From Gloeobacterales cyanobacterium (GTDB taxonomy: Bacteria; Cyanobacteriota; Cyanobacteriia; Gloeobacterales; PMM-0068): a stretch of 64,000 nucleotides of DNA. Within the stretch, counting starts at the first letter, position 1, and every line of letters begins with the position of its first letter. The notes beneath the pieces were generated by a model. The model had not been told where the DNA came from, did not search any database, and saw only the letters and a program-made list of their open reading frames with translations. This document shows positions 40,331-48,861 of this stretch, in pieces. The stretch covers positions 32,001 to 96,000 of the forward strand of contig JBBRSB010000003.1 of assembly GCA_038245785.1 (NCBI GenBank). Direction: 5' to 3'. Made by a program: the position numbers and the translations under genes.

Positions 40331-40533
40331 ATCTTTTTCTGATCTCCGTGATGATAAGCTAAGTTGAAAATTTCTCAGTCTTTGAGCATTGCTACGTACA
40401 CGCGCTGTGATTCGCTACATGTCTTTCAGGCGTGAGAGGGTTAGCACAGGTATCAGAAACAATGATGGGAATGCTCCGAGCGGCGGCTTCCGCTACGACT
40501 AAGGGCTATCCCTCGTACCACAGAGAAGGCAGC

Positions 40534-41970
40534 TTAGTAAGCATCATCGGGAAACAAAATGACTTTGAAGGTCTGGGCCAAGAGATAGATATCAAGCCAA
40601 ACAGACCAATTGCGTACATAGTAGGTATCCATCGCCAAGCGCTCTTCAAAAGTCACCGTACTCCGGCCACTGGTTTGCCAAATACCCGTTATTCCAGGCG
40701 GCACTTTCAAAATGAAATCTTGGGTTCCCTGCATTTGGGTGATCTGCCGTTGCAGATAGGGTCTAGGGCCTACCAAACTCATCTCTCCTTTCAAGACATT
40801 CCAGAGCTGTGGTAATTCGTCCAGGCTGAGTTTGCGAATCCATTTTCCGACTCGGGTAATCCGAGGGTCATCTTTGATTTTGCCGTAGATTCTAAATTCT
40901 TCGATCAACTCCGGAGAGAGATTTTTAAATCGCTCTTCTGCATCCAGATACATAGTCCTAAACTTAAAAATCTTGAAAAAACGTCCGCCTGCTCCTGGCC
41001 TTTCCTGTGCAAAAAGAATCGGGCCTGATGAATCCAGGCGCGTTAAGAGCGCCACGATAGCGATCGGAACCAAAAACACAGCCCCTGCAAGCAGGGCAAT
41101 AGCTAAGTCCAAAATACGTTTGGTCCGTAGTGAGCTGGGCAAAAGTAGCCTTTGGCGAACTTCAAACCCAAACAAACCATCTAAGTCTTTTGCCACCGTC
41201 CAGAGACTGGAACAGCCAAAAAGGTCAGGGATGACCAGTAAGTCTTGAAAGGTTTGACCATAACGTTCCAGCAGTTGGGTCAGCTGCTCGCGGGACATGC
41301 CAGACATCGCAAAAATGGCATAGCGGATACCATACTTTTCAGCCAGCGCTCCGGCAGATTCAATTTCGCTCATCAACGGTAAGGGAACGGGAAAAGTTTC
41401 TAGGGCTTTGGGGTTATCATCCAAGACCGCTACAGGCTTGAGACCAAGCTCTGGTTTTTGTTTTAGCGTTCGGATTATCCTTTCTCCAATTTCGCCTGCT
41501 CCAAAAACAATAACCGGATATCCCCACCAAGCCTTGCGGATGAAAAGGGAACGAAATGCCGCTCGGCTCAGGGGAACTAGGACTAAAGAGCAGACCCAGG
41601 CCAGTAGGAAGGCCGTGCGGGAATAGGTGCCTGCATCTTTGGATAGAAAGCTGGTCGCCCCCAAGGCCAAATAAATCAGTGTAGTTGCTCGACTAAGACG
41701 GAGCAGTTCATCCGGTCCTGAAAGAGCGATTCCAGGGTAAAGGCCCTTGAGTGCATAAGCCAGAACAAAGGGGACCAGAGCCAGTAGAAGGCTTAAGTAA
41801 ACTATAGGGTTCATCCCTGGATTAAACACAGAGCTAACGTAGAACCCAAAGATGCCTGAGAGCATGAGGGCGAGAATGTCAGCAGACATCAACAAACTCA
41901 CCATTAGCCAGTGAGACTGAAAGACCTTAACCGTCGGAAGAGTGGATTCTGGTAACTTTGTGATTGTCAT
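40534..41970 (-). CDS. wbaP: Undecaprenyl-phosphate sugar phosphotransferase (WbaP type)
   Basis: N-terminal TM bundle; [26 protein letters not shown] and PGITG motifs; probable start MTIT at 41970. Confidence 0.9.
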   Translation of the reverse strand: MTITKLPESTLPTVKVFQSHWLMVSLLMSADILALMLSGIFGFYVSSVFNPGMNPIVYLSLLLALVPFVLAYALKGLYPGIALSGPDELLRLSRATTLIYLALGATSFLSKDAGTYSRTAFLLAWVCSLVLVPLSRAAFRSLFIRKAWWGYPVIVFGAGEIGERIIRTLKQKPELGLKPVAVLDDNPKALETFPVPLPLMSEIESAGALAEKYGIRYAIFAMSGMSREQLTQLLERYGQTFQDLLVIPDLFGCSSLWTVAKDLDGLFGFEVRQRLLLPSSLRTKRILDLAIALLAGAVFLVPIAIVALLTRLDSSGPILFAQERPGAGGRFFKIFKFRTMYLDAEERFKNLSPELIEEFRIYGKIKDDPRITRVGKWIRKLSLDELPQLWNVLKGEMSLVGPRPYLQRQITQMQGTQDFILKVPPGITGIWQTSGRSTVTFEERLAMDTYYVRNWSVWLDIYLLAQTFKVILFPDDAY

Positions 41971-42141
41971 CAATGCACCTTCGAACTTTTGGATTGCTTG
42001 TGCAGATTGCTTTTGCGTTCTAAAAAGAACTAGGACGCCCTCATCCCCCAACCCACTCTGGGTCTATCTGTACGAAAACCAATGAGTAGACCGAAGGCTG
42101 GGAAAGCAGCTTTATTATGGGGAATTGATATTGATAAAAAG

Positions 42142-43155
42142 CTATACGTTCTTTGAACTGACAGGACACCCTAACGTTGCGCGTATAGGGGGAGCTGCTT
42201 TGTATAGCAGGAGTTTCGGTTTCAAGTTGTCAAAGTTACCTATTAAACCATCTCGACAAGATTCTATTAAAAAATAGATTCGCTTTAGTTTTTGGTCGTT
42301 AAAGAGAAGTACTTCAACAAGATCTTTTAGATAGACCAAAACAAGACTCAGATAAAAAATGAATATATTTTTCGTGTATTTCTTGCCTGTCCATACTAAA
42401 TTTCGACGCATAAAATACTTAAGCCAATATGTCTCGTAGGGCGTTTTCAAAAATCTTTTACCCATAAATGTTACTTTAGTAATCGCAGCTTTCGCCTGTT
42501 CTTTATGCAAAATAATACTATCCGTTACTAATAATATTTTCCCTGTCTGTCTTAACCTGATGCAATACTCTAAATCATCATGCTGAATAAAGAACTCTTT
42601 CTTTGGTAATCCTATTTTGGCGACACTCCTCCGATTGACCAGAATTCCCACAAAAGAAGCCATGTCAATTTCCACAACTTCTTGATAATAGGCCTCTAAA
42701 GAGAGCGGTTGATGAAATAGGGAGAAAATTCCTTGGAAGGAAACATGTCCTCTGTGTAAAAGAGAAATACCAACTGGATCCACTACCATGCTAGCCAAAG
42801 CGCTGACCTGCTCTAGTTCAAAATTTTTGGCCAAAAATTTGAGCGCGTTCGGTTCAGGTTCGGCATCATCATCCATTAACCAGATCCATTCATGACCCAT
42901 GGCATAGGCTCGTTTGACTCCCTCATGAAAGCCTCCTGCACCTCCAGTATTTTCAGCTAGTCGTACATATTCGATCAATGGATTATCTAGATAGCCTCTT
43001 TCTTGGAGGGACTCTGGCGTTCCATCGGTAGAGGCATTATCGATCACGATGATTCTATGAATAGGATGCGTCTGATTCAGCAGTGCATCTATACATTCTG
43101 TAAGGAGCTGTTTCCGATTAAAAGTAACGACTACTGCAGCTATAGTGTTTGACAT
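42142..43155 (-). CDS. GT2 glycosyltransferase, GlfT1/galactofuranosyltransferase-like
   Basis: VVTFNRK, ENTGGAGGF, WLMDDDA and FFIQHDDLEY motifs; next to the mutase. Confidence 0.8.
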   Translation of the reverse strand: MSNTIAAVVVTFNRKQLLTECIDALLNQTHPIHRIIVIDNASTDGTPESLQERGYLDNPLIEYVRLAENTGGAGGFHEGVKRAYAMGHEWIWLMDDDAEPEPNALKFLAKNFELEQVSALASMVVDPVGISLLHRGHVSFQGIFSLFHQPLSLEAYYQEVVEIDMASFVGILVNRRSVAKIGLPKKEFFIQHDDLEYCIRLRQTGKILLVTDSIILHKEQAKAAITKVTFMGKRFLKTPYETYWLKYFMRRNLVWTGKKYTKNIFIFYLSLVLVYLKDLVEVLLFNDQKLKRIYFLIESCRDGLIGNFDNLKPKLLLYKAAPPIRATLGCPVSSKNV

Positions 43156-43165
43156 GGAAATACTT

Positions 43166-44602
43166 CTAGACCTTTGAAATATATTTACTAGATATTGTCA
43201 TAGGCAAACTTTGTTTACCCCAATTAGAGTTAGCAACCTCAGGATAGATATAGGTTATTTCAGGGATATTTAAGACAACTCTATTCACCCACTCCACCCC
43301 TTGCATGAGGCTATGGTCCTGATTGCTGACTTCATATTTCCAGGCCCCAAAACGTCCACGTGAGCAAATCCCAAACTGTTCAAGAGCCGGGATAACCTGG
43401 TTCAAAATATCGTCCCGTTCTACAGAAGGGGTAGGGTAACCATAATCAGCTGAATAGAGCCAAGTAGAGACGATGTTTTCCCGATCCTCAATCAATTGGG
43501 TATTTAAGAGTCCTTGAATGGTCTCTTCTACTAGATCTTCTCTGTTCACCAATTTTTGAGGAGATTCACTCGTCTCTGTCATCAAGGACCAGTACTGTTT
43601 AGGATCTGGAACATGATTCGGACTGTAATTGGAAAACACCGTGACCCGATAGAAAGGACAGTCTGATTCCGGGAAGTACATCCAACATTTCGATTTCAGT
43701 TCAGGTTTTGGCTGACCTTTAAGCCCAATTCCGACGATATGGGAAGATGAGTGCTTGAGGCCCTGCGCCTTTTCTTTCAGATCTTCAGGGAAGGCTTCGA
43801 CCATATTTACGAAGCAGTCGAGTGGCACGGTGGATAGTAAATGTTCATAGGTGATACGCTGCCCATCGCTCAAGGTCAAGGTTTTATTCTGCGCTGAAAC
43901 CTCGGCTACTTTGGCATGAAAGCGAAACTTGTTGAGGCCAATCAGCTCAGCGACCGCTTGCCAGATAGCTCCTGTACCCCCACTCCGGGGAAATTGAAAT
44001 GTCTTATTCGGTCCCCAAGATAAATCATCTTGCTCAAACAAAATGTTTTGGGTTACACGCTGCAGATCGACTACGGAGACGCGTTCACCAATCCACTGAT
44101 AGGCCATTTCCTCTGCGTAGTAAGCCCATACTTTGAAGTTGTAAGGCAGCATAAATTCTTGGGCGATTCCTTGCCCAAAGGTCGCAAAAATCCATTCTTT
44201 AAAATTCCGTGGCTGTGCTCCCAGCGGAGCTTTGTAGACGTTGATGATTCCTTCCAGACACTTCCACATCGACTCTTTTGGTAGGTAGCGAATATTATTC
44301 TGAAACGGGTAAGGGACAAAGCGATTTTTCATCCATACCCAAGATTCGCGCTGATGGTGTAGCCAACCCTCGTCTCCCAAAGCCTCAATCATCAATTGGT
44401 CAAAGTAGGCATAGTGAGAAAACTGGACATGCCCACCAATGTCCCAAGTAAAGCCCTGGTTATCCACAAAACTGCTCGCCAAGCCTCCGCAGCACTCCTC
44501 TTTCTCAAGAACAATAAAATCTGTTTCCCCTAATTCTTTGAGACGGTAGGCAGCACCCAAGCCTGTGGGGCCAGACCCGATAAGGACATATTTGAACTTC
44601 AC
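43166..44602 (-). CDS. glf: FAD-dependent UDP-galactopyranose mutase, eukaryote-like type
   Basis: GPTGLGAA, DIGGHVQFSHY, PYPFQNNI, PYNFKVW, GERV, WGPN.TF.FP..GGTG, YGYPTPS and RGRFGAWKYEVSNQDHSLMQGVE motifs. Confidence 0.8.
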   Translation of the reverse strand: MKFKYVLIGSGPTGLGAAYRLKELGETDFIVLEKEECCGGLASSFVDNQGFTWDIGGHVQFSHYAYFDQLMIEALGDEGWLHHQRESWVWMKNRFVPYPFQNNIRYLPKESMWKCLEGIINVYKAPLGAQPRNFKEWIFATFGQGIAQEFMLPYNFKVWAYYAEEMAYQWIGERVSVVDLQRVTQNILFEQDDLSWGPNKTFQFPRSGGTGAIWQAVAELIGLNKFRFHAKVAEVSAQNKTLTLSDGQRITYEHLLSTVPLDCFVNMVEAFPEDLKEKAQGLKHSSSHIVGIGLKGQPKPELKSKCWMYFPESDCPFYRVTVFSNYSPNHVPDPKQYWSLMTETSESPQKLVNREDLVEETIQGLLNTQLIEDRENIVSTWLYSADYGYPTPSVERDDILNQVIPALEQFGICSRGRFGAWKYEVSNQDHSLMQGVEWVNRVVLNIPEITYIYPEVANSNWGKQSLPMTISSKYISKV

Positions 44603-44666
44603 GCGGTGGTTCTCCTACTATCTATGGCAGTCCAGTACTTCTTTTCTTGAGCCCCCCGCTCAGGAG

Positions 44667-45962
44667 TTATCTCCAAGATTGAAATTGAAAAAGGCTATAT
44701 CCTCTTCTTTTCAGCAAGAGGCCCATGCTCCCTGTGACCAAAATCTCCGTGAGCAATACCGATATAACTGTCCCTTCCGCGCCCAGCCAATGGGTCATCG
44801 GGATGATAATCGCAAGGTTAAATAGGCCAGAAAATAATAGAATTCGGCTGAAAGGCTTATTTAGCGAAAAGGTGAGCATCGTTTGACCAAATAGATTGCC
44901 TAAGGCGACTAATAAAGGTAAACAAGCCATCAAACGAACTAGGGGAATAGATTCTAGAAACTTATCTCCCAGTGCTATCCGGACCAGTGGTTCTGCCAAA
45001 CAGAAGAGGGCCACTGAGAATAGAAGAGAAACCACCCCTAAGTAAAGTAGGCTTTTACGAATGAAACCAAGAGCAGCCTCACGCGACTGCTTCGCTAGGG
45101 CGTTCATGTGGGGATAAATGGACTGAAAAACAGGACTGAGAAGACCCTGGACTGCCCTAGTCAAAGTATTTGCCGCGTTGTAGTAACCCACCGTCTGGTG
45201 GTTGGTGACCAGGCCGAGGATAAAGATGCTGCTTGTGGTGTACAAGCTTATCGAAGCACTGGACATGAAGATATACCACCCATCTTTTAAGACCGCTAGA
45301 AGTGACTTATAAGAGGGCCAAATCAAGCGTAAAGGGAAAAATTTGGCAAGCACGCCCATACTCAATAACCCAGCTACTACGGACCCAGAAGCCTGAACCC
45401 CTGCAGCCATGAGGTAGTCTTCCTTGCTATGGACTAAGGCAAAAATGGCAAGGGTGCTGAGTGACTTGGCACTGAGGTTCAGGATAGTAATATATTTCAT
45501 GCTTTCCATACCCTGGAAAAACCAGACCGGGAAGAGCACATTTCCTAAAACTAAGAGAAAAGAGAGGTAGTACACCGGGCCATACTGCTGAAAGTCTGGC
45601 AGAAAAGAAACAATCCCTACCATCAGCAGAAAGCTAACCAGCATCAAGGCACATTTAATCAGCGTCACACTGCAAAAAATTTCAGAAATAGCCTGTGGGT
45701 CATTCTGATTCAAGGCAATTTGGCGCGTAGCGCTCATGTTGAAACCATAGTCCGTAAGGATGACAAAATATTGGGCAAAAGCTTGAGCAAATCCCAGAAG
45801 ACCATAGTGCTCTGGTCCGAGCACGCGCACTAGATAGGGCACGGTGATTAAGGGTAGAAGATAGTTGGCTCCCTGTAAAACAGAAAGAGAGAAAATATTT
45901 TCGACTAGGCGTTTATTGCCTCTTACCGCATCCTTAAATTTCAGCAAAGTAGGCTGCGTCAT
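44667..45962 (-). CDS. wzx: Polysaccharide flippase (Wzx/RfbX family)
   Basis: PLITVPYLVRVLG, DYGF and WFFQG motifs; about 12 TM helices. Confidence 0.9.
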   Translation of the reverse strand: MTQPTLLKFKDAVRGNKRLVENIFSLSVLQGANYLLPLITVPYLVRVLGPEHYGLLGFAQAFAQYFVILTDYGFNMSATRQIALNQNDPQAISEIFCSVTLIKCALMLVSFLLMVGIVSFLPDFQQYGPVYYLSFLLVLGNVLFPVWFFQGMESMKYITILNLSAKSLSTLAIFALVHSKEDYLMAAGVQASGSVVAGLLSMGVLAKFFPLRLIWPSYKSLLAVLKDGWYIFMSSASISLYTTSSIFILGLVTNHQTVGYYNAANTLTRAVQGLLSPVFQSIYPHMNALAKQSREAALGFIRKSLLYLGVVSLLFSVALFCLAEPLVRIALGDKFLESIPLVRLMACLPLLVALGNLFGQTMLTFSLNKPFSRILLFSGLFNLAIIIPMTHWLGAEGTVISVLLTEILVTGSMGLLLKRRGYSLFQFQSWR

Positions 45963-46754
45963 TAAATAACTTTCCTCATCCTTTGGCAGAAAAATTTAAC
46001 TTTCAGTTTTTAAAATCCTCTCACGTATCGTACGAGCATAGGGCAAATAGATGATGAAAAGTATTGGCTATAGTCTTATGTAGACAACTCCCCCTCATCA
46101 GTAAAACCCTCGCAATGCACGTTTAAAGCAATTAAGGAAATGGCTGAATCCCATTGCCCAGGCACACCTTCTCCATTCTCCGGCCTTCTTGGAATCAGAA
46201 AGCTGCGAAGGAGAGGCTGAGATTTAAAAACCGTCAAAGTCCTCTTCCATAAAAAAGGCAAGCTTATTTTTGTTAACCGGTACGTAGATTAATATACGTA
46301 CAAGCCTACTTAGTTTCTGGAGAAGAACTTTACTTGCTTTCGCTATTTCAATTTATAGACGCAAGACTATAATCTTGCATCAAAGAAAATTGTTTTGATA
46401 GTTACATTTGTTTCTACGTATATTCAACCTGTAGCACCATGCTTCGCCTACATTAGACATATTTCAGCGTCACGTGGACTAAATGTATTATGTCCAAAAA
46501 AGAACTTCAAAAGGATTGTCAAGTTAAGACAGCATCTCAAAACTCAGACACTCTTTTTCGGGGGTAAAGCTAATACCTGTAGGCAATATCACTTTCCAGG
46601 AACTAGACGAGTGGATAGATTTCCCCGATGAGTTTCATTTTCATATCTTTATGCTACGATAAACAAATCTTAACCCTATATTAAACTTACTCTTCCCTAC
46701 TTCGCATTAGAAAAGCGAGGAAAATTAGCTGAACTATAGTATGGATTACTCCCT

Positions 46755-48260
46755 ATGGATATACAGAGTTTAAGGCAGGAAGTCAGACCGGAAGTTATTA
46801 AAAAAATAAATCCTCATATGTTGCAGTTTATCCAGTTTAGGGACAGAGACTTAACAGGGAAAATGCATCCAAGACTGTTACTAACTCGAAACAGATTTGA
46901 CTTAATGGCAAAGTATATATATGCCAAATTTCGAAAGTCTGGAATCGATTCAGGCTGGGGACTGCATGTATACTATGAGCACATTCGCGCCTTCAACAAC
47001 TTTCAAGAACCGGGCAGTGAGGAAAAGACGGGGAAAGACGCATTTATTGCTGCCTTTCACAATATTTTGGAATCCATTAAAAAAGAGGGTTTTGATGAAG
47101 ATACATCCATCGTACCTCTACTAGATGAAAATCTGATTCTGGATGGTTCTCATCGAACGGTAGCTTGCCTTCTGTACGATAAAGAAGTTGCTTGTCTACG
47201 GGTGGATATTAATCCTCTTGTCAATCGAGCGGTTCTTGAATACAGCTACTCCTATTTTAGAGAGAAGGGTCTGGCTAACACGTGTTCTGATGCGATGGCC
47301 CTGGAATATTGCAGACTTAAGAGCAATACCTATGTAGTCACTGTTTTTCCGTCTGCAGTGGGCAAAGATGAACAAGTAAAAAAGGTAATTCAGGAGTATG
47401 GCGAAATTATTTATGAAAAATCTGTTCACTTGTTGAATGAAGGCCCAATTAACTTAATCAAGCAAATATACGGAAATGAAAATTGGCTAGGAAATTGGAG
47501 CGATGACTTTAGGGGAGCACGGGCAAAGGCTGCGGCCTGCTTTCGGTATAATGGTTTGGCCAGAGTTTTTATCGTTGAATCGGATAATTTAGAGAACGTT
47601 ACGAAGGCCAAGGCTAAAATAAGAAAGTTATTTAATATCGACAAACACTCAGTCCATATCAATGACACCCATGAAGAGACGATTCATCTAGCGCAGATTT
47701 TGCTAAATGATAATAGTATTCACTTTTTAAACTATGCTCGCCCAAAGAATTATGCAAAATTTTATCAATTGTTAGCAAACTATCAAGAGTGGTTGGCAGA
47801 AAAAAACTTAGACAAAGAATGCTTCTGTATTGATAGCAGCGCAGTCATGGCAGCCTATGGGATTCGAGCACCTGGAGACCTAGACTTTCTACATCACGGA
47901 TATGAGCAGATAATCTCAGACAAAGATGACATAGAAAGTAATAATGACAAGCAGCCTTATCATGCAAAACCAGTGGATGATATTATCTATAACCCTGAAA
48001 ACCACTTTTATTATAATGGACTGAAGTTTGCTACTTTAGATATCATTAAGAACATGAAAAAGAATAAAGGAGCACTTAAGGACCTAGAGGATATTCATAA
48101 AATTGATGAATTTTTAGCTTTTTCTCAAAATAATAGAATTCGCTTCTATCTAAAATATTTGTTTAACCCTTGGAATTTTTACATAGCCTCAAGAAAATTC
48201 CTAGGACTGCTACGAAAAATAAAAGCAGTCAGTTCAAGATTGAAGGGCAACAGTACCTGA
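46755..48260 (+). CDS. Three-domain protein (ParB/Srx-like + NDK-like + nucleotidyltransferase-like), putative sugar-nucleotide synthase
   Basis: ILDGSHR motif; KIR..FN..KHSVHINDT; DSSAVMAAYGIR...DLDF; divergent from the polysaccharide operon. Confidence 0.6.
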   Translation: MDIQSLRQEVRPEVIKKINPHMLQFIQFRDRDLTGKMHPRLLLTRNRFDLMAKYIYAKFRKSGIDSGWGLHVYYEHIRAFNNFQEPGSEEKTGKDAFIAAFHNILESIKKEGFDEDTSIVPLLDENLILDGSHRTVACLLYDKEVACLRVDINPLVNRAVLEYSYSYFREKGLANTCSDAMALEYCRLKSNTYVVTVFPSAVGKDEQVKKVIQEYGEIIYEKSVHLLNEGPINLIKQIYGNENWLGNWSDDFRGARAKAAACFRYNGLARVFIVESDNLENVTKAKAKIRKLFNIDKHSVHINDTHEETIHLAQILLNDNSIHFLNYARPKNYAKFYQLLANYQEWLAEKNLDKECFCIDSSAVMAAYGIRAPGDLDFLHHGYEQIISDKDDIESNNDKQPYHAKPVDDIIYNPENHFYYNGLKFATLDIIKNMKKNKGALKDLEDIHKIDEFLAFSQNNRIRFYLKYLFNPWNFYIASRKFLGLLRKIKAVSSRLKGNST

Positions 48261-48333
48261 CAGCCTATAGAAGAATATCTCTGGCGATATTTGATAGCCA
48301 AGCGATTTATATGGGCGCTCACCTTGAAATCTT

Positions 48334-48654
48334 CTATATTTCTAGTTTTTTTCCGGTCCAGTTAGATCTCTTGTATCCTTTCTGGAGTATTGCTTGCTCA
48401 CTTGGGATTTTCCAAGACTTTCCATTGTAGTACTGTAAAACTCCTGATTTGCGCCTAAACTTGGTTACCACTTCTATAAATTGTCCATCTCGTACCCTTG
48501 ACTCAAACCTTAGGGCTGCATCAGATGCAAGTACTTTATTTAGAGCTATAGGCGAACGCTTTATCAGAATAGGCTCGCTTGATGCACTATAAATAGGCAA
48601 AAACAGGAAAGAAAAAAATAAAATAGAGGTAGGCAACATCAAACTTTTTATCAT
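48334..48654 (-). CDS. Small secreted hypothetical protein
   Basis: Signal peptide; AGAGGA RBS. Confidence 0.6.
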   Translation of the reverse strand: MIKSLMLPTSILFFSFLFLPIYSASSEPILIKRSPIALNKVLASDAALRFESRVRDGQFIEVVTKFRRKSGVLQYYNGKSWKIPSEQAILQKGYKRSNWTGKKLEI

Positions 48655-48737
48655 AAAATCCTCTTAAATGCGTTTTGTACTATATTCCTACGTAATTACA
48701 CTGAAGTAGCTATAGGTAGCATACTTAAAAAGTTCGG

Positions 48738-48775
48738 TTTTTACGGATAAATTCATATAAATTTATCCGTAAAAA
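48738..48775. other. Perfect 16-bp inverted repeat
   Basis: TTTTTACGGATAAATT-CATATA-AATTTATCCGTAAAAA. Confidence 0.8.
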
Positions 48776-48861
48776 ACCAATGTGTAGGCTAAACTTGTCC
48801 GGCTCTCGCCAGACGCGCTCCACCTGTACCTGCTCAGGCACCCAAAACCCGCTACTAACGA

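Noticed and set aside
40395..40500. Possible IS200/IS605-like end (TTCAGGCGTGAGAGG) and short repeat
   Set aside because: Single weak match; no transposase or second copy seen
41971..42051. wbaP N-terminal extension MGDEGVL
   Set aside because: Begins in a remnant of the CCCTCA.CCC repeat; ATG 41970 is more plausible
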